A stretch of DNA of 50,988 nt from Muribaculaceae bacterium. Its GTDB lineage: Bacteria > Bacteroidota > Bacteroidia > Bacteroidales > Muribaculaceae. The position numbers were made by a program, and so were the translations under genes. Of this stretch, positions 29,058 through 39,541 are shown piece after piece. Positions within the stretch are counted from its first letter, which is position 1. Every line of letters begins with the position of its first letter. The notes beneath the pieces are model-generated. The model searched no databases and had not been told where the DNA came from. It was given only the letters and a program-made list of their open reading frames with translations. Location: contig JAIDJJ010000328.1 of NCBI GenBank assembly GCA_029052265.1, positions 1 to 50,988 on the forward strand, in the 5' to 3' direction.

Positions 29058-30371
29058 TCATTCCATCAGTTCTGAATCATCATCAGGATTGCTGAATATG
29101 CTGCCTATCCTTCTTGCAAGACCCTCCACGAATCGGTTTGTCTTTCTCTTCCTTTCGCTCGGGGCTTTACTCCGGGGTTCCTCGACCGGCGCCTCGCCTG
29201 TCACCGGAATCTGCTCTTTCTGTTGAATCTCAAGGCATTCCTGATTGCTCAGTGTCGCACCTGCATACAACACACTGACCACCTGAATCAGGTTTTTATT
29301 GGCGGCGTGACTGTCTTCTATGTGCACATATTGTGGAAGAATGCCCCTACGTACCGGAAGACCGCTCTGCAATTCAAGAAGATCCATCATACCTTGCAAT
29401 TTGGATCCACCTCCGATACAGATTATTCCTCCGGGAAGGTCCGTCTCCTTCATCCCGGCATATTCAATCTGCTCCATAACGTTGGCGACAATCTCTTCAG
29501 CCCTTGCAACTACCAGGTTATTAATATCCGTAAGCTTGACTCCGTTCATGTTCAACGACGAAGGTGTGTCTTGCCCCATAGCGTTGCCGGAAGCTATCTT
29601 AATCTGTTCTGCCCTCTCTTCCAACACATTGAGTGATGTTATATCCCGAGTGATATTCCTACCGCCCAATGGCAGCGTGGCAAAATATCGGAGACATCCC
29701 TTTCGATAGATGGTCACTGTGGTAGTCTCGGCGCCCATATCCACAAGCATGCATCCGAGACGCTTCTCATCCGGTGTGAGTATGAGATGCCCTGTGGCAA
29801 GGGCTGTCACCACAAAACCCTCTATCCTTACACCAAGCTTGTCTGGTATGGTGCGGGTCAGGTTACGTTTCAATTCCGGACGGCAAACGATGAGATCATA
29901 TGTCGCCTGTATGGAATTGCCGACCGCCCCTTTGGGTGAATGCGTCTCGGCATTTCCGACATGATATATACGCGGAACTGCGTCAACCACTTCAAGGGTA
30001 TTGTCGATCGCCTTGCGTTTGGCGTCATTGCTGAGCCGCCCGATAATCTCCCCGGTGATCTCTGTAGCTTCCGGAAGATTGATCGACACTTCCGTCGTTA
30101 TGCTCTTAAGAGATCTGCCGGAAAGACCGACAAACACCCCTTTTATCTTTCTCGGCGCAACACCGGTGCGATGCTCGAGCTGGCTGAAAAGCCTTGAGAC
30201 ACGCACTGATGTCTCCTCCAGATTCTGGATGATGCCGTATCTCACTCCTTCCACTTCGTTTTCTTCCTCGACAGCCACTACGTCGAGTTGCCCTTCGCCG
30301 GAAGTTTTGCCGATTGAAGCTATTATTTTCGAGCTGCTTATTTCCACAGCCGCTATATATCTCTCACTCAT
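29058..30371 (-). CDS. ftsA: Cell division protein FtsA
   Basis: Actin-like motifs EISSSKI, VDMGAETT and IGGGSKL; position between ftsQ and ftsZ. Confidence 0.95.
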   Translation of the reverse strand: MSERYIAAVEISSSKIIASIGKTSGEGQLDVVAVEEENEVEGVRYGIIQNLEETSVRVSRLFSQLEHRTGVAPRKIKGVFVGLSGRSLKSITTEVSINLPEATEITGEIIGRLSNDAKRKAIDNTLEVVDAVPRIYHVGNAETHSPKGAVGNSIQATYDLIVCRPELKRNLTRTIPDKLGVRIEGFVVTALATGHLILTPDEKRLGCMLVDMGAETTTVTIYRKGCLRYFATLPLGGRNITRDITSLNVLEERAEQIKIASGNAMGQDTPSSLNMNGVKLTDINNLVVARAEEIVANVMEQIEYAGMKETDLPGGIICIGGGSKLQGMMDLLELQSGLPVRRGILPQYVHIEDSHAANKNLIQVVSVLYAGATLSNQECLEIQQKEQIPVTGEAPVEEPRSKAPSERKRKTNRFVEGLARRIGSIFSNPDDDSELME

Positions 30372-30436
30372 TATGCGTTGTTGTCTCTAATATTAACCAT
30401 CATAAGGCGATACGGTTTGATATCACATAAAAATTT

Positions 30437-31264
30437 TTAATTCGCGACTCCCACCGCCGCTACCTGCGGCAACGTAGCCTCCTCAAGTGCGATATCGTCT
30501 CCATAGTCCCCCCCATGGTTGGTTCGGTCCTTTTTCCTTCGGGTTGCGACCACCTGTCCGCTGAATTTCACCGAAATAGTATCATATTCAGCCCAGCCCT
30601 TGTAAGGCATAACCTTACGGTAGACTGTCAGTAGGGCGCGCCGTTTTTCTGCAAGACGCGTGGTGTCGCCGAAATTCACTACATGTCCGTGGATCCGGGG
30701 CACCAGTATGATGTTATCCGCGTCTTTTGCCTCTATCATCCCTATCAGTTTGCTCAATATAGGATCTGTGGCAATAAAACGCGTAACAGGAAGAAGATGC
30801 CGGGGTGTGAACGTTTCATTGAAAGAGCCGCTGACAATCGGCACATCTACAAAGAAATTAGCCTTCGATTCTATCTGCTTGCCGTCTTTGTTGATGTAGT
30901 AGCTCTTTCCATCCTCAAATACCCGCAATGCAGGTATCATCGGAATGACTGTCACCCTGAGTTTCCGGTCTGTCTGTAATATACAGTTAACTTCTTCAAA
31001 ATTCGAGAAACGGCTTAGATAGCGCTCCACATCAAGCGTGTTGAGACTCTCTACCGGAGCTCCCACTATCCGGAGAGGATAGCGCGACAATTCATCAAGC
31101 ACTCCGTTCCGGGTGATGGTATCTGCTGTCGTGGATTGGGCTATGACAACCTCAATCCCCTGGCATCCATGACGTCGCGCCTCTCCATGCGCCCATACCG
31201 TCACTAATGTGACATAAGCGAATAGAAAGATGAGAATCAACCATTTGAAGATTGTTTTGCCCAT
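30437..31264 (-). CDS. ftsQ: Cell division protein FtsQ/DivIB
   Basis: N-terminal transmembrane helix, POTRA-like region, ISVKFSGQVV; synteny. Confidence 0.88.
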   Translation of the reverse strand: MGKTIFKWLILIFLFAYVTLVTVWAHGEARRHGCQGIEVVIAQSTTADTITRNGVLDELSRYPLRIVGAPVESLNTLDVERYLSRFSNFEEVNCILQTDRKLRVTVIPMIPALRVFEDGKSYYINKDGKQIESKANFFVDVPIVSGSFNETFTPRHLLPVTRFIATDPILSKLIGMIEAKDADNIILVPRIHGHVVNFGDTTRLAEKRRALLTVYRKVMPYKGWAEYDTISVKFSGQVVATRRKKDRTNHGGDYGDDIALEEATLPQVAAVGVAN

Positions 31265-31266
31265 AT

Positions 31267-32679
31267 CTACGCCGGGTCTTTACCCATTATTATTTTTTCG
31301 ATGTCGGGGAGCAGCCTGTCAAGATCAGCGGCGCCCAACGTCATCACGATGTCAAAGTTACGATTTTTTATCATATTTAGCAAATCTTTTCGCTCACAAT
31401 AGCATTTTGAAGGAGATGTGACATCTTTGAGAATCAACGAAGAGTCTACTCCCGGGATCGGAAGTTCTCGAGCCGGATAGATCTCCGGCATGATGACTTC
31501 ATCTGCTTCCGAAAGCGATGACGCGAATTCTTTGGCGAAATCTCGGGTGCGCGTATACAGATGCGGCTGGAAGATGACACTCAGTTTCCTGCCTGGATAG
31601 AGTTTCTTGACTGATCTGATTGAAGCCTTGACTTCGTTGGGACTGTGTGCATAGTCGTCTATAAGCGCGGTGCTCCCGTCCTTGCCGTCAAGTATGACCT
31701 CAAAACGGCGCTTGGCTCCCCTGAATGTCTTTAACCCTTCCCTGATATCATCAGCTCCCGCGCCCGCCGCCAGAGATGCCGCAGCGGCTGCCACGGCATT
31801 GTCAATATTGATCTCAACAGGAACCCCGACCTCTATGCCGGCTATTTTCATATCGGGCCCCACAAGATCAAATCTCAACGACCCTTCGCCGTAAACAATG
31901 TTTTCGGCATGCCAGTCGCCTTCGTTGCCGCCGCTGTAAGTCATGAGACGGACCCCGTCCCGGAGCCGCGGATGAAGCTTAAGCCCGGTATGAACCAACA
32001 GTATCCCTCCGGGACGTATCAGGGAGGTGAAATGGGCGAAACCTTCCAGATATCCCGCCTCGTCTCCGTATATGTCGAGATGATCCGGATCTACTGACGT
32101 CACTATGGCTATGCAAGGGGAGAGCTGGTGGAAAGAACGGTCGTATTCATCTGCCTCTATCACCGACCATTCCGAACCTCGGCTTAGCACAAGATTGCTC
32201 CCGGTGTTGCGCAATATGCCACCCAGAAAGGCGTTACACCCGACTTCAGATCCCCTTAAGATATTGGCTATCATTGAGCATGTAGTCGTTTTACCGTGAG
32301 ATCCCGACACACATATCGCTTTTGTACTGCGGGTTATCTTGCCAAGCAACGCAGCTCTTTTAACCACTTCAAAGCCGTTTTCCCTGAACCACGTCAGGAT
32401 AGGGCTGTCGGAGGGCACCGCCGGGGTGTAGACCACCAAGGTGTCGGAAGGACTCCTGAAAGCTGCCGGAATCTCTTCTGGAGAATCGGTATACGTAATT
32501 ATCACGCCTTCCTGCTCAAGCTGTTGGGTGAGAAGGGAAGGGGTGCGGTCATATCCCGCCACATTGTGATGCCGGCTCAGGAAATAACGTTCGAGATTTG
32601 CCATCCCTATACCTCCTGCACCCACAAAATACAGATTCTTAAAGGATGAGTCTGCCGGTTGGCTTATATTGGTTTCCAT
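31267..32679 (-). CDS. murC: UDP-N-acetylmuramate--L-alanine ligase
   Basis: GAGGIGM, GSHGKTTT, EADEYDRSF, DDYAHSP, FQPHLYTRT. Confidence 0.97.
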   Translation of the reverse strand: METNISQPADSSFKNLYFVGAGGIGMANLERYFLSRHHNVAGYDRTPSLLTQQLEQEGVIITYTDSPEEIPAAFRSPSDTLVVYTPAVPSDSPILTWFRENGFEVVKRAALLGKITRSTKAICVSGSHGKTTTCSMIANILRGSEVGCNAFLGGILRNTGSNLVLSRGSEWSVIEADEYDRSFHQLSPCIAIVTSVDPDHLDIYGDEAGYLEGFAHFTSLIRPGGILLVHTGLKLHPRLRDGVRLMTYSGGNEGDWHAENIVYGEGSLRFDLVGPDMKIAGIEVGVPVEINIDNAVAAAAASLAAGAGADDIREGLKTFRGAKRRFEVILDGKDGSTALIDDYAHSPNEVKASIRSVKKLYPGRKLSVIFQPHLYTRTRDFAKEFASSLSEADEVIMPEIYPARELPIPGVDSSLILKDVTSPSKCYCERKDLLNMIKNRNFDIVMTLGAADLDRLLPDIEKIIMGKDPA

Positions 32680-33815
32680 CGTGAGTTTTCTTTGATTATT
32701 CTTATCACTTCCTCGGCAATGGCGCTGTCGCTCCCGGGGAGTGCCATTGACAATACTTTTTCCGACATATCGGCAAGACGCCCCTTGTCGGATATCATTT
32801 TTATGGCAGTAGCCACAAGTGTCTCCCGAGCATCAATGTCTTTCACCATTTCCGCCGCGCCGCAAGCTGTCAGTGCCAGGGCATTGTGCGTCTGATGATC
32901 TTCCGCAACATTGGGCGACGGGACAAGGATGGCGGGCTTGCCAAGCACCTGAAGCTCACTGATAGTGCCTGCCCCGGCACGGGCTATTACAAGGTCGGCA
33001 GCCTTATATGCACCTGCCATATCGGTTATAAACGGGGTCACAACCACCCCTTTGATATTCTTTGCAGCAGACAATCCTCTGTCTCCGAAATTTTTTCCGG
33101 TCTGCCATATGACCTGTATCCCTTGATCGGAGAGTCTTCTGAGACCCTTTTCAAGACTCTCGTTGATTGTCAGGGCGCCAAGGCTTCCTCCCACCACCAG
33201 CAAGGTGGTGCGTGCAGGATCCAACCCGAATGATTCCCGCGCTTCTTTCTCTGTCTTCCGGCTGTCCAAAAGGGCTTTGCGGATAGGATTTCCGGTCTTG
33301 ACTATTTTTTCGGCAGGGAAAAACCTTTCCATCCCGTCATAAGCCACACATATCTTCTGTGCCTTCTTTCCCAACAATTTATTGGTAACTCCCGCATATG
33401 AGTTCTGCTCCTGCAACAAAACAGGTATTCCGGCTTTTTCGGCGGCTTTCAAGGTAGGACCGGAAGCATATCCCCCGACTCCGATAGCGATATCGGGCTT
33501 AAAATCCCTGACAATTTTTTTAGCCATCCGAAGGCTCTTGAATAATTTGAATAGAACCCCTATGTTTCTCCAAGGCCGCTTCCGGTCGAATCCCGCCACA
33601 GGAAGCCCGACTATCTCATAACCTGCCGCCGGGACCCGCGTCATTTCCATACGGTTGTCTGCGCCAACAAACAATATCTCGGGATTTATACGTTCCCGCA
33701 ACGCGTCTGCTATCGACAGGGCAGGGAAGATGTGTCCCCCGGTGCCGCCGCCGCTTATTAATACTCTCGGCATTCGTCTGTTACTGTCCGAAGCCTTGAT
33801 ATTGGTGTCTGTCAT
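32664..33815 (-). CDS. murG: Lipid II GlcNAc transferase MurG
   Basis: GGGTGGHIFP, GGSLGA, EDHQTHNA. Confidence 0.97.
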   Translation of the reverse strand: MTDTNIKASDSNRRMPRVLISGGGTGGHIFPALSIADALRERINPEILFVGADNRMEMTRVPAAGYEIVGLPVAGFDRKRPWRNIGVLFKLFKSLRMAKKIVRDFKPDIAIGVGGYASGPTLKAAEKAGIPVLLQEQNSYAGVTNKLLGKKAQKICVAYDGMERFFPAEKIVKTGNPIRKALLDSRKTEKEARESFGLDPARTTLLVVGGSLGALTINESLEKGLRRLSDQGIQVIWQTGKNFGDRGLSAAKNIKGVVVTPFITDMAGAYKAADLVIARAGAGTISELQVLGKPAILVPSPNVAEDHQTHNALALTACGAAEMVKDIDARETLVATAIKMISDKGRLADMSEKVLSMALPGSDSAIAEEVIRIIKENSRWKPI

Positions 33816-35185
33816 CTGGATGTATCGTTTAATTGTCCGGAGAAATTCGCTGCCTGCATATCTTCCGGCAATTCTTTTATTTCCTGTTTTATTTCACTCT
33901 TATTGCCACTTGTCACGGCAAACCTGCTCACGGAGAGCATGATGCCGATTGCCGCCGACATCACAAGCACCGACGTGCCTCCTTTGGAAATCAATGGCAA
34001 CGGCTGACCGCTGACCGGGAACAGACCGGTAACTATTGCCATGTGCACCAATGCCTGGAACACAATCAGCACCGCACAACCCATTATAAGGAATGCCGGG
34101 AATGCCCGCGAACATTTATAGGCGATACGACCGGCGCGGGCAAGAAGAAACAGATAAAGGACGAGCAGAAAAACACCACCCACAAAACCTGTGTCTTCCA
34201 CAATAATTGAATAGATATAGTCAGAAAATGCAAGCGGCAGACGGGCGCTTTCCCGGGAATTGCCCGGACCTTGACCTAGGACGCCGCCGTTCGCCTGCGA
34301 GATCTTGGCAAATACAACCTGCCGGTTATAATCGTCGATAGGATCATTGGGATGAACCCCTTCAAGAAACCTGCTTATTCGCCCTTTATGCGTCTCCGCA
34401 CGCCCGTTATTATCTCCCGAGGCGGTCTGCTCGGTCTGTACCACTGAATCAAATTCACTCTTTCTGTCATCCTGATATTTGATTATATACAGGATCCCTC
34501 CGCAGATGCCGTAGACACAGAGTATAAGAAGAAACTTTTTCCATTTCATCCCTCCTATCAGAAACATAGAAAGACTGACCCCGAACAGCAATATGGTATT
34601 GGTCAGACCGTTTTTCCATAGACATCCGCCGAACACAATCACCACCACGGCTGCCTCAACCATACCTCGGGTAGAAACGCCTCGCGGCTGCTGATGCCTC
34701 CCGAGGATTGTGGCGAGAAGCATAACTACAGTCAGTTTGACGATCTCTGCCGGCTGAATGGTAAAGCCGGCTATATTTATCGCACGCTGGGCACCGTTGA
34801 TCTCTATGCCGAAGAAATTAGAGAACATAAGCAGCCCAAGGGAGACAAGTGCCAGAAACCATGCGAAACGGCTGAAATAGCCATAATGAGTGTTCTGCAA
34901 CGCCAGGACAAGCCCAAGTCCGAGCACCAGAAAAATCCCGTGCCTTATAAGGGGCATATAGACATTAGCTCCTGAAACTTCGGCGCTCGATGCTGAAAAA
35001 AGCTCGATCACCGAAACCAGAAGAAGCATTATGTAGATACCCCAGATATATGTGTCAGGTTTCTGCCTGACTGATGCAGATATAGGACGTTTGGAACGGC
35101 GTTCCTGAGTCCGCCCCACGGCAATCCCGTCTACTGTCTCTTTTATTGTGAGGCGCTGCGACAAAGATTCGTTGTTTGTTTCCAT
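33812..35185 (-). CDS. ftsW: SEDS peptidoglycan polymerase FtsW
   Basis: IQPAEIVK, LPLAFSDYIY, GQPLPLISKGGTS. Confidence 0.93.
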   Translation of the reverse strand: METNNESLSQRLTIKETVDGIAVGRTQERRSKRPISASVRQKPDTYIWGIYIMLLLVSVIELFSASSAEVSGANVYMPLIRHGIFLVLGLGLVLALQNTHYGYFSRFAWFLALVSLGLLMFSNFFGIEINGAQRAINIAGFTIQPAEIVKLTVVMLLATILGRHQQPRGVSTRGMVEAAVVVIVFGGCLWKNGLTNTILLFGVSLSMFLIGGMKWKKFLLILCVYGICGGILYIIKYQDDRKSEFDSVVQTEQTASGDNNGRAETHKGRISRFLEGVHPNDPIDDYNRQVVFAKISQANGGVLGQGPGNSRESARLPLAFSDYIYSIIVEDTGFVGGVFLLVLYLFLLARAGRIAYKCSRAFPAFLIMGCAVLIVFQALVHMAIVTGLFPVSGQPLPLISKGGTSVLVMSAAIGIMLSVSRFAVTSGNKSEIKQEIKELPEDMQAANFSGQLNDTSR

Positions 35186-35243
35186 AATTTGATAGCGTGA
35201 ATGTCATTATCTTTTATATATATTCCATGTGGCATGAATCCAC

Positions 35244-36620
35244 CTATATAGTCTGCTGCATTGCCCTGACAGCTGCCTTGAACCGATCTCCCCGGTCTTC
35301 ATAGCTTTTGAAGAGGTCAAAACTTGCGCAACATGGCGACAATAGCACCGTATCACCCTCTTTTGCAAATTTCCGGCAAGCTTCGAGCGCCCCTTCAAGT
35401 GAATCCGTATCGGCGATCTGTTCCACTTTTCCTGAGAAAAACTCCATAAGTTTCTCATTATGCAGCCCCATGCACACTATAGCCTTCACTTTCCGGGAAA
35501 CCAGCTCCTCTATCTCTGAGTAATCATTCCCCTTGTCTTTGCCCCCAAGTATCAGTACCGTAGGGGTCGTCATGCTTTCCAGTGCATACCAGGTGGAATT
35601 GACATTGGTCGCCTTGGAATCATTGACATATCTCACTCCATCTACGGTAGCCACATATTCGAGACGATGTTCAACTGCCTCAAAATCTTCAAGCGCTGAC
35701 CTGATATGTTCTTTCTTGATATTCAGGACCGATGCAGAGATACCGGCCGCCATGGAATTATATAAGTTATGCAGTCCGGGCAACGAAAGCCTGTCGCGGG
35801 GTATTTCCCACACATCTCCGGGCACCGCGAAATGAATAATCCCGTCTTCGACAAATGCCGCCGTGTTTTCTTCCTTATCGATACCGAACGGAAGCATAAG
35901 CGCCTCGCTCTGGACATGCGCGATCTGCTCCCTTATTACCGGATCGTCCTGCCAATATACGAAATAGTCGTCTTTGGTCTGGTTCTGAAGAATCCTGAAT
36001 TTCGCAGCCACATAATTCTCCATCTTGTGGTCATAGCGGTCAAGATGATCCGGGGTGATATTCATGATAACTGCGATGTTGGCTTTAAACCTGTACATGT
36101 TTTCCAATTGGAAACTGGACAACTCTATCACATAGATCTCATGAGGATCTGTAGCCACCTGAAGCGCGAGACTTTTCCCGACGTTTCCTGCAAGCCCGAC
36201 ATCAAGACCCGCCTTGCTTAAAATATGATAAGTGAGAAGGGTAGTGGTGGTCTTTCCGTTAGAACCTGTGATACACACCATCTTTGCATCCGTGAAACCT
36301 GCCGCAAATTCTATTTCCGACAAGACGGGAATCCCTTTTGCCACAATTTTCTCAACCATCGGGGCATAAGGCGGAATACCGGGGCTTTTCACCACGACAT
36401 CGGCTGAAAGTATTTTTTCTTCACTATGACCGCATTCTTCATAGGATATGCCGTGACGATCAAGCAATTCCTTGTATTTTGACGGGATTGTGCCCATATC
36501 TGAAAGAAACACATCCATCCCTTTCTCCTTACCGAGCACAGCCGCGCCGGCTCCGCTTTCTCCACCGCCGAGCACCACAAGACGTCCGTCGGTATCTATA
36601 TTGTGTTTGTTTATACTCAC
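35244..36620 (-). CDS. murD: UDP-MurNAc-L-Ala--D-Glu ligase
   Basis: GSNGKTTT, ELSSFQL, NDSKATN, LLSPCCASFD. Confidence 0.97.
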   Translation of the reverse strand: MSINKHNIDTDGRLVVLGGGESGAGAAVLGKEKGMDVFLSDMGTIPSKYKELLDRHGISYEECGHSEEKILSADVVVKSPGIPPYAPMVEKIVAKGIPVLSEIEFAAGFTDAKMVCITGSNGKTTTTLLTYHILSKAGLDVGLAGNVGKSLALQVATDPHEIYVIELSSFQLENMYRFKANIAVIMNITPDHLDRYDHKMENYVAAKFRILQNQTKDDYFVYWQDDPVIREQIAHVQSEALMLPFGIDKEENTAAFVEDGIIHFAVPGDVWEIPRDRLSLPGLHNLYNSMAAGISASVLNIKKEHIRSALEDFEAVEHRLEYVATVDGVRYVNDSKATNVNSTWYALESMTTPTVLILGGKDKGNDYSEIEELVSRKVKAIVCMGLHNEKLMEFFSGKVEQIADTDSLEGALEACRKFAKEGDTVLLSPCCASFDLFKSYEDRGDRFKAAVRAMQQTI

Positions 36621-36699
36621 TGGATATATATTTAGTTTCTGTTGTATAGAGAGAATCGCTGTTATGATATCTGCCGACTCAAGGGGTTGACACCCGCGA

Positions 36700-38031
36700 T
36701 CAGCGTATCTTCAGGGTAACAAAGGTAAGCGTGGCAAGCAGAATACCTACGATCCAGAATCTTGTCACTATCTTGGATTCCGGAACCGGCACTTTCGGAA
36801 AGTTGACAAGACACCTTATCGAACTGTCGCCAGCCTTCTGGAAATGATGATGCAGGGGTGTCATTTTGAAGATACGCCTCCCTTCTCCATATTTCTTCTT
36901 GGTATATTTGAAATATCCTACCTGCATTATCACCGACAAGTCTTCGATAAAGAAGATAAGACACAACACCGGGATCAGCAATTCCTTACGTATCAGGATG
37001 GCAAACACCGCAAGTATGCCTCCGATTGTCAGGCTTCCGGTGTCGCCCATAAATACCTGTGCCGGAAATGCGTTATACCACAGGAAGCCTACAAGTGCTC
37101 CTATAAAAGCTGCCGCATACACCACCAGTTCCTCACTGCCGGGAATATACATGATGTTCAGATATCCCGAATATATCACATTGCCTCCCAGATAAGCCAT
37201 GATTGCAAGCGCCACACCTATTATCGCGGATGTACCGGCACAAAGTCCGTCAAGCCCGTCCGTAAGGTTGGCGCCGTTGCTAACAGCCGTGACAACTATG
37301 ATCACGACAAATACAAACACCAGCCAGCCAAGTGTGTTGGCTATGTTCTTGTCGTGGATCCATCCGGTAAGCCATTCATAATTGAAATTATTGTTTTTTA
37401 CAAACGGGATGGTCGTCTGGGGCGTCTTTTCCGGGCGAGGGTAGGTGATACCTTCTCCCGACACACTTTCTGCCACAAATATTGTGCCGGAGCCGTCTTC
37501 ATCCCCGATTACGACAATATTCTTACCTTCAGGATGCCTCACATCGCTTACACTGCGGCTCATCACTATCGACGGTGACAGCCACATCGTGATGCCAACA
37601 AGCAATCCGAGTCCCACCTGACCTATAACTTTGTATTTACCCTGCAGACCGTCCTTGTTATGATACTTCAGTTTGCGGTAATCGTCAAGAAATCCGATAG
37701 AACCCATCCAGACGGTGGCGACAAGCATCAGTATCATGTATATGTTGGAAAGATTGCCCAGCAATAGACACGGAGCAAGGATAGACAGGATTATTATTAT
37801 GCCACCCATGGTCGGGGTGCCTGTCTTTTTCATCTGTCCTTCAAGTCCTAAGTTACGGACCACTTCCCCTACCTGCATCTTCTGCAGCCTGCGGATGATA
37901 TATTTCCCGAATATCAGGGCTATGACCATTGCGAGAGCGAACGACATCCCTGCCCGGAAAGTGATATAGTCCATCAGACGGGCTCCGGGGATATCCACAT
38001 CCTGGAGAAGTTTAAAAAGCGAATATATCAT
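36700..38031 (-). CDS. mraY: Phospho-MurNAc-pentapeptide transferase
   Basis: KTGTPTMGG, NLTDGLDGL, FMGDTGSL, PLHHHF. Confidence 0.97.
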   Translation of the reverse strand: MIYSLFKLLQDVDIPGARLMDYITFRAGMSFALAMVIALIFGKYIIRRLQKMQVGEVVRNLGLEGQMKKTGTPTMGGIIIILSILAPCLLLGNLSNIYMILMLVATVWMGSIGFLDDYRKLKYHNKDGLQGKYKVIGQVGLGLLVGITMWLSPSIVMSRSVSDVRHPEGKNIVVIGDEDGSGTIFVAESVSGEGITYPRPEKTPQTTIPFVKNNNFNYEWLTGWIHDKNIANTLGWLVFVFVVIIVVTAVSNGANLTDGLDGLCAGTSAIIGVALAIMAYLGGNVIYSGYLNIMYIPGSEELVVYAAAFIGALVGFLWYNAFPAQVFMGDTGSLTIGGILAVFAILIRKELLIPVLCLIFFIEDLSVIMQVGYFKYTKKKYGEGRRIFKMTPLHHHFQKAGDSSIRCLVNFPKVPVPESKIVTRFWIVGILLATLTFVTLKIR

Positions 38032-38045
38032 TTCTTATTCCGGCT

Positions 38046-39509
38046 TTATTTCCTTTCTTCAATTGCTGCCTTCACTTCCTCGCGGTCGTCGAAATGATGA
38101 CGCACCCCGTTGATTTCCTGATATGTCTCATGACCTTTCCCTGCCACAAGCACTACCGTGCCGGGACGGGCGCGCAGTATCGCCTTGCGTATAGCATCGC
38201 GTCGGTCTGTGATGCATTCCGTACGGCTGAGTTCATCGCGGTTGAGCCCCGCTCTCATATCGGATATTATATCTTCCGGATTTTCATTGCGGGGATTGTC
38301 GCTTGTGAGGTACAGATAATCGCTGCGGCAAGCCGCCTCCTGTGCCATCATCGGGCGCTTGCCGTGATCGCGGTTGCCTCCGGCTCCCACCACGGTAATT
38401 ATCTCTCCGTCTGCCCCTACTATTTCACGAATGGTGTCGAGCACGTTCACAAGCGCGTCGGGGGTGTGGGCGTAATCCACTATGGCTGCGACCCCGTCTT
38501 TTGAAAGGAACGGCTGGAAACGTCCCGCCACCGGCACAAGGCGGCTCATGTTGACCAGAACCTCCTCCGGATCAAACCCGGTCAGCAGCGATGCCCCGTA
38601 GACGTCTGTAAGGTTGTAGGCATTGAATTTCCCGGTAAACTGCACTTCGACCTCCCTGCCGTTCAGAAGCATCAGTGTGCCGTCAAGACGGGTCTCAAGC
38701 ACCTTCCCCCTGAAATCGGCATCCGAACGCAAGGAATATGTATAAACCTTCGCCTTGGTGTTCTGTACCATATACGCCCCGTTCTTGTCATCGGCATTAG
38801 TAAGGGCGAAAGCATCCGGCGGAAGCATGTCGAAAAATGCCTTCTTTGCTTTCATATAGTTCTCCACTGTGCCGTGATAGTCAAGATGGTCGCGTGTCAG
38901 ATTGGTGAATATACCCCCCGCAAAGCGAAGACCTGCCACTCTCTTCTGTGCTGTCGAATGTGAGGAAACCTCCATGAAGGCATATTCACATCCCTCTTCT
39001 ACCATTTCCGAAAGCAGTGCGTTCAAGGTCAAAGGATCCGGAGTGGTATGCGTGGTGGGCACCGCTCTGTCTCCCACATAATTGCATACTGTCGACAGCA
39101 ACCCTGCCTTAAACCCTTCAAGACGCGCCATCTCATAGAGCAGGGTGGCGGTTGTGGTTTTCCCATTGGTGCCGGTCACTCCGACAAGCTTCAGTTTTGA
39201 AGATGGATGGCAATACCATGCGGAAGCAAGTTTCCCGAGAGCCTCCGCAGAGTCTGCCACATGCACATAAGTGATACCCTTCTCGAAAGTCGCGGGGAGC
39301 TCCTCGCAGACTATCGCAGCCACATGGGCGCTTGCCACGACCGGAATATATTTGTGTCCGTCGTTGGTCACTCCTCTGACAGCAACAAACATGCCGTCTT
39401 TTTCCACCTTCCTCGAGTCGCTTTCAAGGGCGGTTATATTTTTGTCTGTCTCTCCTATTATCTCAATTACGTCGATGTCTTTGAGTAAGGTTGATAATTT
39501 AGAAGTCAT
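38046..39509 (-). CDS. murE: UDP-MurNAc-dipeptide--meso-DAP ligase
   Basis: GTNGKTT, EVSSH, DYAHTPD, DAP-specific DNPR. Confidence 0.97.
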   Translation of the reverse strand: MTSKLSTLLKDIDVIEIIGETDKNITALESDSRKVEKDGMFVAVRGVTNDGHKYIPVVASAHVAAIVCEELPATFEKGITYVHVADSAEALGKLASAWYCHPSSKLKLVGVTGTNGKTTTATLLYEMARLEGFKAGLLSTVCNYVGDRAVPTTHTTPDPLTLNALLSEMVEEGCEYAFMEVSSHSTAQKRVAGLRFAGGIFTNLTRDHLDYHGTVENYMKAKKAFFDMLPPDAFALTNADDKNGAYMVQNTKAKVYTYSLRSDADFRGKVLETRLDGTLMLLNGREVEVQFTGKFNAYNLTDVYGASLLTGFDPEEVLVNMSRLVPVAGRFQPFLSKDGVAAIVDYAHTPDALVNVLDTIREIVGADGEIITVVGAGGNRDHGKRPMMAQEAACRSDYLYLTSDNPRNENPEDIISDMRAGLNRDELSRTECITDRRDAIRKAILRARPGTVVLVAGKGHETYQEINGVRHHFDDREEVKAAIEERK

Positions 39510-39541
39510 ATGTGTAGCGGTTTTAATTTCTTGAATTTTGA

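Noticed and set aside
35221-35236. Second parS-like site (TATTCCATGTGGCATG)
   Set aside because: Five mismatches to the parS palindrome; consistent with chance.
38032-38045. Absence of murF (and of ddl/murB) from the dcw cluster
   Set aside because: murE-mraY adjacency is the usual Bacteroidales arrangement.
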